Source of the DNA: Eledone cirrhosa
Taxonomy: Eukaryota
Assembly: GCA_964016885.1 (NCBI GenBank)
Contig: OZ024753.1
Location: 38,998,001-39,062,000 of the forward strand
Length of the DNA stretch: 64,000 nucleotides
Direction: 5' to 3'
Both the position numbers and the translations under genes were made by a program. The notes beneath the pieces were generated by a model. It was given only the letters and a program-made list of their open reading frames with translations. It did not search any database and had not been told where the DNA came from. Below, piece after piece: positions 55,815 to 64,000 of this stretch. How positions within the stretch are numbered: position 1 is the first letter of the stretch; each line of letters begins with the position of its first letter.

Positions 55815-55884
55815 TATTTTATTATGCGCATTTCGAATACAAAATCATCCTGGGACAAATATGGTGTTCTCATCAGATAAAATA
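55815..55884 (-). ncRNA. Minimal type I hammerhead ribozyme (mirror copy)
   Basis: Minus strand TATTTTAT-CTGATGA-GAACAC...GTATTC-GAAA-TGCGCA-TA-ATAAAATA. Confidence 0.78.
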
Positions 55885-55997
55885 AGGTAACATGATATGA
55901 GGCATAATAGTACTTGTTTACAAGAAAGTGCTAAGTCTACATATGACTTAGCACTTTCCTGTAAACAAGTGCTATTATGCCTCATATCATGTTACCT

Positions 55998-56067
55998 TAT
56001 TTTATCTGATGAGAACACCATTTTTGTCTCAGAATGATTTTGTATTCGAAATGCGCATAATAAAATA
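55998..56067 (+). ncRNA. Minimal type I hammerhead ribozyme with palindromic stem III
   Basis: TATTTTAT-CTGATGA-GAACAC[~23 nt]GTATTC-GAAA-TGCGCA-TA-ATAAAATA; perfect 8-bp stem I. Confidence 0.8.
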
Positions 56068-56221
56068 TATAGAACCCTTTTAACCATCTTTTAATTTCTT
56101 CTTTATTATATATATATATATATACTCCAGTTCTACCAACTGTTGAGTGCTACTTATCTGATATATGCATAACTTTATTGTTTTACAATATTACTCACCT
56201 TATACATATATAGATATACAC

Positions 56222-56275
<54 letters not shown>

Positions 56276-57615
56276 TTATTATTATTTTCATCATCTCTAA
56301 GTGAAAATCTTGCCATGAAAACTTTTAGCAATCTGTTATTGAGAGGTTGTCATAAAGAAAGTAGCACGAGTTCTTGCAAGTCCCGCTAGATTTCTAGTGT
56401 TAATGTCGATAAACTGCCCACCGGAAATACGATTATACCACACTGAATCCGATATTGAAATCTGTTGAAAGGGTAATGTTTGTTATCTTGTAGATATATC
56501 AAGATTTTTCAAAATGATGTCTCTTTCTGTTCCCCTTTCTCCCTCAACACACCCACTCTCCTTCACTCTCTTTCACTCATTCACTCTCTCTCTGTCTGTC
56601 TCTCTGGCGTTGCTATTCAGCTATCTACCTTCCATTCCGTCTTAGATGGAAGAAGAAGAAGAAGAAGAAGAAGAAGAAGAAGAAGAAGAAGAAGAAGAAA
56701 CGCTGCTGCGATTATCAGTGACAATACTCTAGTTACTATAGCAACTCTTTTACTTCCTGTCAGTGGAGGTTTATGATGTAAATTTGTATCAATTCATTTG
56801 GAGCAGACATTTCAACGACTCTTTGAAAAATCGTGATAACCAAAATCACATTAAAATGTAAACATCAAGAAGGTGATAGCTAAAGATTTAATCTCATCGA
56901 CAAGAAATACGCCAAGAAAAAACAACAAAAACAAACAAAAAAAAACAACAACACAAAAAACCCCTCTAAAAAACACCGAAAATTTGCAATATATATAATA
57001 AAAAAAATATACATAAACAGTTAAATGAAAACAACAAATAAAATATCATAAATAACAAAACAAAAGCAAGACGAAAATATCGGTTTAAAAATATAGAAAA
57101 ATATAGTTTCAACAAACCATTTTTATTTATCTCTTTTTGTTGTATATTTATGTTTTTTGTTGCTATATATCTTTATTATAATAATAAGTAGTGATTTTTG
57201 TTAAAGTTAAGATACAAAATATGAGATAATTTTTTTTCTTCTTCTTAAATATTTTGTTTATCTCATGAAAGATATCGAATCTTTTAATTTTAATGCTCTT
57301 ATAGTAATGGGGTAAAAATTCTCTTTGAAATCATCTTTATAATTTCTTTAAGAATTCTTTGAGGTATCGAATTTAATTTGAATAGGAGAGCGTCCAGATG
57401 GTGTCATTTAATAACTCAGCCGATAAAAAGACTTCCTTGATGATTCATCATAATAATTAAGCTTACTACTAGTCACAAAGTTAATGTGATCAATTTGATT
57501 GGAAACAATGCGGAGTGGTTTGTGTAAAATATCGAATATAATCAAATATCGCTACCTATCCACCTACTAAATGACTTACATATTATCTAAATACATATTA
57601 TATATATATATATAT

Positions 57616-57713
<98 letters not shown>

Positions 57714-59219
57714 ATGTATGTATATATGTATGCATACAACAATACCGTTTAATACAAACACATAAAATCTGCTTATATACATTCTATATATTCTATAACA
57801 TATATATATATACGTATATACATATATACGTAAATACATACATATATATATATATATATACATACATACATACATATACATTCATATACATATATACACA
57901 CATAAACACACAAAAATATATATGTACACACATATATATAAATATATAATATTTATATATATAAACATACATACATACACACACAAACATGTTTATATAT
58001 ATATATATATATATATTTATTCATACAGTAATACTCTCATATATATCGAAGCAACACTGAGAAGAATATAAATGATTTCTTAAAATCTGTATATGTATAT
58101 CTGTGTGTGTGTGTGTGTGTCAGAGGTTTATGTGTATATATATGCATGCGTATAAAGTTGCAGATAATTGTATATAAATACATAGACACGTGCATTCACA
58201 TACACCACACACACACACACACACACGTGCATACATACACACACATGCGCACATACACGTACACATACACACACACATACAGAGATACGCTCACACAAGT
58301 ATATATAAGCAGCTACACCTAACGATAAAATAGATATTTATAAGATGTAAACTCTGAAAATATACCCAATAAATCAATTATGGAAACAGTAACTTCTCTT
58401 AGTTTGACATTTCATTGATTCAAAATTTGCTTTAATTACAACAATTCCGTGTGGAATTCTATCTATGTATGTTGTTTAATTATTTTATCTCTCTGTTTCT
58501 TCTTTATTTACATGTATATATATGTTGGCAAGGCGAGAAAAGTGGCAGAATCGTTAGGACGTCAGATAGAATGCTTACTGGTATTAGTTTGTGCTCTCTA
58601 CCCTATTAGAAGCCATAACAAAACCAATATTGTTCAAACTACGCTGCCATCAACTTTTATTCAGATCTCGCTGACACAAAATTTGTTCAAATCACGCCGA
58701 CGACACCTTTGTTGAGATCCTGCCGAAACCAACTTTGATAAAATTTCGGTGACCATGACCTTAAATTTGTTGAAATCTTGGTGACCTCATCTTGGCCATT
58801 CCTCATTTTGAGGTCGTTAAACAAACTATCGGTGTAGTATTGAAGCTAATTCTTTCTCTACATAACTTTGAATTTTTCTCTTTTCATTCTCTTACTCTGT
58901 TTCTTCCACAGGAAGAAACCAGCTGTAACCAGACATGGTGAGGTGCTGGCCTCTGGTTAGACTAAACAACAGATGATATGTTGTAAATCCCTACGGCGCT
59001 CCAACGTCTGCATCTGGTATTATGGGACCATAGATATGTCGAGAGATGGCCAATTTACGAAGTCGATTAGAGTTTATGGTTGTTTTTGTTTTGTTTCTCT
59101 AAGCTCTAAGATCAAATCCCGCCGAGGTAAAATTTGCTTTTCAACATTTCGAGGTCGTCAATAAACCAAGCAACAATTCAGTACTTGGTCGTTTCTTTCT
59201 CTATTTCACTTCATCGTTT

Positions 59220-59287
<68 letters not shown>

Positions 59288-59319
59288 CTTGGTGAAATTG
59301 GCTGTGTTCTCTCTAAGAT

Positions 59320-59655
59320 AATTGATTCTACTTTTGGCACATTATCCCAGTGCATTACTGGTACTTTGTTTTATCGACCCTGTAAGGATGAAAGGCAATG
59401 TTGACCTCGGTGAGATTTGATCTCAGACCGTCCGAGCCTCTACAGATACTGCCAATCTATTCTAAGATAACTGTTTATACTTTTGGCACAAGGCCAGCAA
59501 TTACCCAGTGTATTACTGGTACTTTATTTTATCGACCCCGTAAGGAAGAAAGGCAAAGTTTAACCTCGGCGGTATTTGAACTCAGAATGGCAAGGGCCGT
59601 AACTCTATGCGTCAAAGCATGGCGTCCGACCCTCTACCGATACTGCCAATTCACA
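59320..59655 (-). mobile_element. Two tandem SINE family A copies (one internally deleted)
   Basis: Reverse-complement family A motifs at 59320-59460 and 59468-59655. Confidence 0.85.
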
Positions 59656-59743
59656 TGATGGTAAAATGTCCAACACATGCCGTGTGAGGCTGTTTATATA
59701 CTGTACACTGAGCCAAGTTACTTCATGTGGTACTCACCTACAT

Positions 59744-59811
<68 letters not shown>

Positions 59812-59883
59812 TAAAAGATGTGCAAAGTATTTACTTGCTACAATGGTGACAAATAGGAGGTATATTATATAAAGGAACACTCG

Positions 59884-59915
<32 letters not shown>

Positions 59916-60118
59916 CATATGTATATATACATATGTATGTATATATATAAACATTGTGTGTGTATGGATACACACACAAACACGAACACACACACACATA
60001 CATATATATATGTATGTATATGTATGTATATACATGTGTGTATATATAAGCTATCAAATGTGATGGCGAAAAAGACAATTAAACGTAAGCTGTCGAGAGT
60101 AATAAATCATGAATACCA

Positions 60119-60183
<65 letters not shown>

Positions 60184-60195
60184 CATATATATACA

Positions 60196-60255
<60 letters not shown>

Positions 60256-60256
60256 C

Positions 60257-60345
<89 letters not shown>

Positions 60346-60503
60346 AAGACAGAGAACCATAATTCTCGAAGCAATATATATGTGTGCATGTACATATATG
60401 TAAATATATATATATGTATATATACATACATATATATATATATACATATACACACATATATATATACACACACACATATATAAATATACATATATATATA
60501 TAG

Positions 60504-60552
<49 letters not shown>

Positions 60553-61264
60553 GTATATATATATATTAATAAAATTTCATGATAAATTAAAAGATAGTTA
60601 TATTACATTTCCAAAGTTGTACATTACATTCTCTTAGAATTAATTCCAGACAGATATTGTATATTTGTTTTATTAATCTTCTGTTTTACTTATACATATA
60701 ACTATCATATTTATCATGTTTAATATATTAATGTTGTTGTTGTTATTATTTTTATTTATCATATCACATCATATGTTATCCTATTACACATGTCTTCGTC
60801 TATCTAGTCTGTCGATAATCAATCATATGCTGAAATCCTACAGCAGCTTCTGTAGGTTTGGTATAATATGATATTTCTTTACTGTTATTGCTACATTTGT
60901 TCAGCCCCAGGTCAGCCACCCCTGAATTAATAAAAGTATAAATGGCTACTATTTTTCCGCCATACCATTCTCGTCAGTTTTCCAGGTGGCAATGCAATAT
61001 TAAGGTATTGAATTGGTTGACATTGTGGGACTGGGTTAAATGTCTTGTATTTGTTCAGGTTCAGTGCGTTCTGAGCTCAGGTCTCGCTGAGTCTGTGTTC
61101 CCAGGTTCGATTTCCTTGTAATGTAGGTAGGTATATTTGGATAAGGGTTTCTTTTCTTATGACAACCTCATTTCGACATATGCTTTGTGAATGGAATCAG
61201 GTAGACAGTAGACAGAAACTGTTTGTAAGTGTGTGTACGTGTGTGTGTGTGTCAGCTCACACTT

Positions 61265-61495
61265 ATGCAGGTTTAGCTGGCCTCCCGCAAGGTATATCTC
61301 GTTGAAAGTGTCTTGGGTGATTTAATGATAGGGACCCCAGTCCTATCATCTCATTTCTACAGCTGAGTAAACTGGAGCAACGGGAAATAAAGTGTCTTGC
61401 TCAAGGAAGCAACACATCACCCGGTCCGAGAATTGAACTCACAACCTTTTGATTGCAAGCCCAATGCTCTAACCACTAAGCCCTGCGCCTTCACT
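61265..61495 (-). mobile_element. SINE family B, tail type 2
   Basis: Reverse complement of 48773-48980. Confidence 0.85.
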
Positions 61496-61568
61496 TTGGA
61501 AGTTGATAAATAAAGTACTAGACTAGCACTGAGCTCTGTTTTCTCTTTCTAACCGTATCACTTTTTTT

Positions 61569-61668
<100 letters not shown>

Positions 61669-61804
61669 TAAACGGAATAGAAAACGCTGACAAATTGTTC
61701 ACAGTTGAAAAATGGTTTAATTAGGAATAAAAGAGTATTAGTGATTGTATGGGTTAGTATTCAGTTGTGGTTTTAAGTTTTTAAGTTTTTACCGGTTGCG
61801 CATT

Positions 61805-61837
<33 letters not shown>

Positions 61838-61853
61838 TTGTATTTACTCTTTA

Positions 61854-61899
61854 TGCTCTGAAGAGTCCCACTTCTAGTGTGGACGAAACACTGTTAGCA
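61854..61899 (+). ncRNA. Type I hammerhead ribozyme, canonical core with GUU site, in a ~110-bp insert between TA tracts
   Basis: TGCT-CTGAAGA-GTCC-CACT[TCT]AGTG-T-GGAC-GAAA-CACTG-TT-AGCA; stem I can be extended by CTTTA/TAAAG. Confidence 0.82.
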
Positions 61900-61939
61900 A
61901 TTAAAGATATACCTATGTTCCAAGCGCTCTTTGTTGTTA

Positions 61940-62133
<194 letters not shown>

Positions 62134-62134
62134 A

Positions 62135-62184
<50 letters not shown>

Positions 62185-62199
62185 TTCTCTTTCTCCCTA

Positions 62200-62298
<99 letters not shown>

Positions 62299-62427
62299 TT
62301 CTCCCTACCTCTCTCTCTCATTCTTTTTCTCCTTCACTGGAAGAAATCAACTGAGCTATGATACGCCGTCCATAACAGCAGCATCACTATGTCTCCATCC
62401 GATGCTAAGCAACCGCCCTTGTTTTAA

Positions 62428-62780
62428 ATAGTCTCTACTTTTGGCACAAAGCCAGCGATTACCCCAGTTAATCACTGGTACTTTATTTTATCGACTCCGT
62501 AAGGATGAAAGGCAAAGTTAACCTTGGCGGATTTGAACTTAGAACGCATAGGGCCATAACAATGGTGCAAAGCATGGTGTTTGACGCTCTACAGATACTG
62601 CCAAACCACCATTTTATATATAATTGTTTCTACTTTAGGCACAAGGCCAGCAATTATCCAGTGCATTACTGGTACTTTATTTTATCGACCCCGTAAGGAT
62701 GAAAGGCAAAGTCAACCTCGGCGGGATTTGAACTCAGATCGTAAAGGGACGTAACTATGCTGGAAAGCATGGCGTCCGAC
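62428..62780 (-). mobile_element. Two tandem SINE family A copies
   Basis: Reverse-complement family A motifs at 62428-62612 and 62620-62780. Confidence 0.85.
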
Positions 62781-63032
62781 ACATATATAATGAAATGATT
62801 TGATTTATTTTCAAATTCTTGTTTCTCTTTTGTTTTATTGTTTGTTGCCATTTCACTGGATTTGTAAAATTCCGATATTGTTCTGGTTCATACTAAGGAG
62901 TTACCTGACGGATATCGATTAGTCAATATATCGTAAATAAAAAAACAAAATAAAACAAAAAAAAAACAATTCATTTTGCCCTTTGAATCGATCGTAAATC
63001 AATGGATTAATAAAGTGTTAATCTTCTCTAAT

Positions 63033-63250
63033 GAAGGCGTGTGGCTGAGTGGTTAGAGAATTGGATTTTCAATCATAAGGTTGTGAGTTCGATTCACAGA
63101 CCGGGCGATGCGTTATGTCCTTGAGCAAGACACTTTATTTCACGTTGCTCCATCTACCTGGAGTTGCGACTGATAGATAGTATTAGCAATTGGAAAGACC
63201 AATGAAAACATTGTTTCCTCGGTCCGATTTGACGAAAGTCGATCGTTCCT
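63033..63250 (+). mobile_element. SINE family B, tail type 1
   Basis: Near-identical to 5668-5885. Confidence 0.88.
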
Positions 63251-63493
63251 TCCTAATCTTCTCTTATTTGATTTCATTGTTCATCCTTATTTATGTATTA
63301 TATATTAAAGAGAAACTTCGGTCTCTCATTCTCAGTATAAACAATCTGCATAGTACGCCATTAACACACAATTGTCGGTGTTAATAAACATATTTAACAC
63401 CGAATATCTTATTCAAGTAAAAGCATTGAGTGCTCAAACAGGTGGCACCTATAGTAAATGATATATTATAACTCGCTAACTGGCTATATGTGT

Positions 63494-63532
<39 letters not shown>

Positions 63533-63548
63533 GTGTATATATATATTT

Positions 63549-63608
<60 letters not shown>

Positions 63609-63790
63609 GTGTATATATATATATATATAAATATGCATGTATATATATATATATATATATATAAATTATATATATATATTCATAAATGTGTATATATATA
63701 TATAAATATGCATGTACATATATATATATATATATAAATTATATATATATATATATAAATGTGTATATATATATAGAAATATGTATGTAT

Positions 63791-63823
<33 letters not shown>

Positions 63824-64000
63824 CATGTTTACATAAAGTTATCGAATGCAAGTAAATTTTTTTCTCGACATGGGGGGAATGGTGTAATAATATATTTCTG
63901 CTAATCAACCTGTTTATTCTGTACTAGGAACAAATATCGAGGAAACTCCAGAGTTACAGTCAACTAAGTCCATCCAAACTTCCTATATATATACAGGTGT

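Larger units (their letters stand above)
55776..56109. mobile_element. ~330-bp near-perfect palindrome with a hammerhead on each strand, flanked by (TA)n
   Basis: Arms 55776-55937 and 55945-56109; loop TACATAT. Confidence 0.85.

Overview
Very AT-rich, microsatellite-saturated eukaryotic intergenic or intronic DNA. The two abundant tRNA-derived SINE families resemble those I recall from octopod cephalopods, but this is an inference and was not checked. No host gene can be supported beyond two weak micro-exon candidates, and almost all listed ORFs are simple-repeat artefacts. Real coding remnants are all retroelement-derived: a 5'-truncated but open RTE-clade LINE ORF with three C2H2 fingers (49491-52385, -), other RTE 3' fragments, a CRE-like restriction-endonuclease fragment, and a nest of Tx1/L1-like 3' ends in (TATC)n. 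The most interesting signal lies between the (TA)n tracts: roughly ten unrelated families of 100-1000 bp non-coding elements. Several carry hand-foldable minimal type I hammerhead ribozymes (CUGANGA-stem II-GAAA-short, often palindromic stem III-UH). Many have 5' fold-back inversions starting at fixed internal AT(AT) sites, and two form palindromes with a hammerhead on each strand. This looks like a diverse set of (TA)n-targeting Penelope-like or retrozyme-like ribozyme elements. A second theme is a bipartite non-autonomous RTE derivative (3 copies) showing a twin-priming inversion and fusion to the LINE. All folds and alignments were done by eye.
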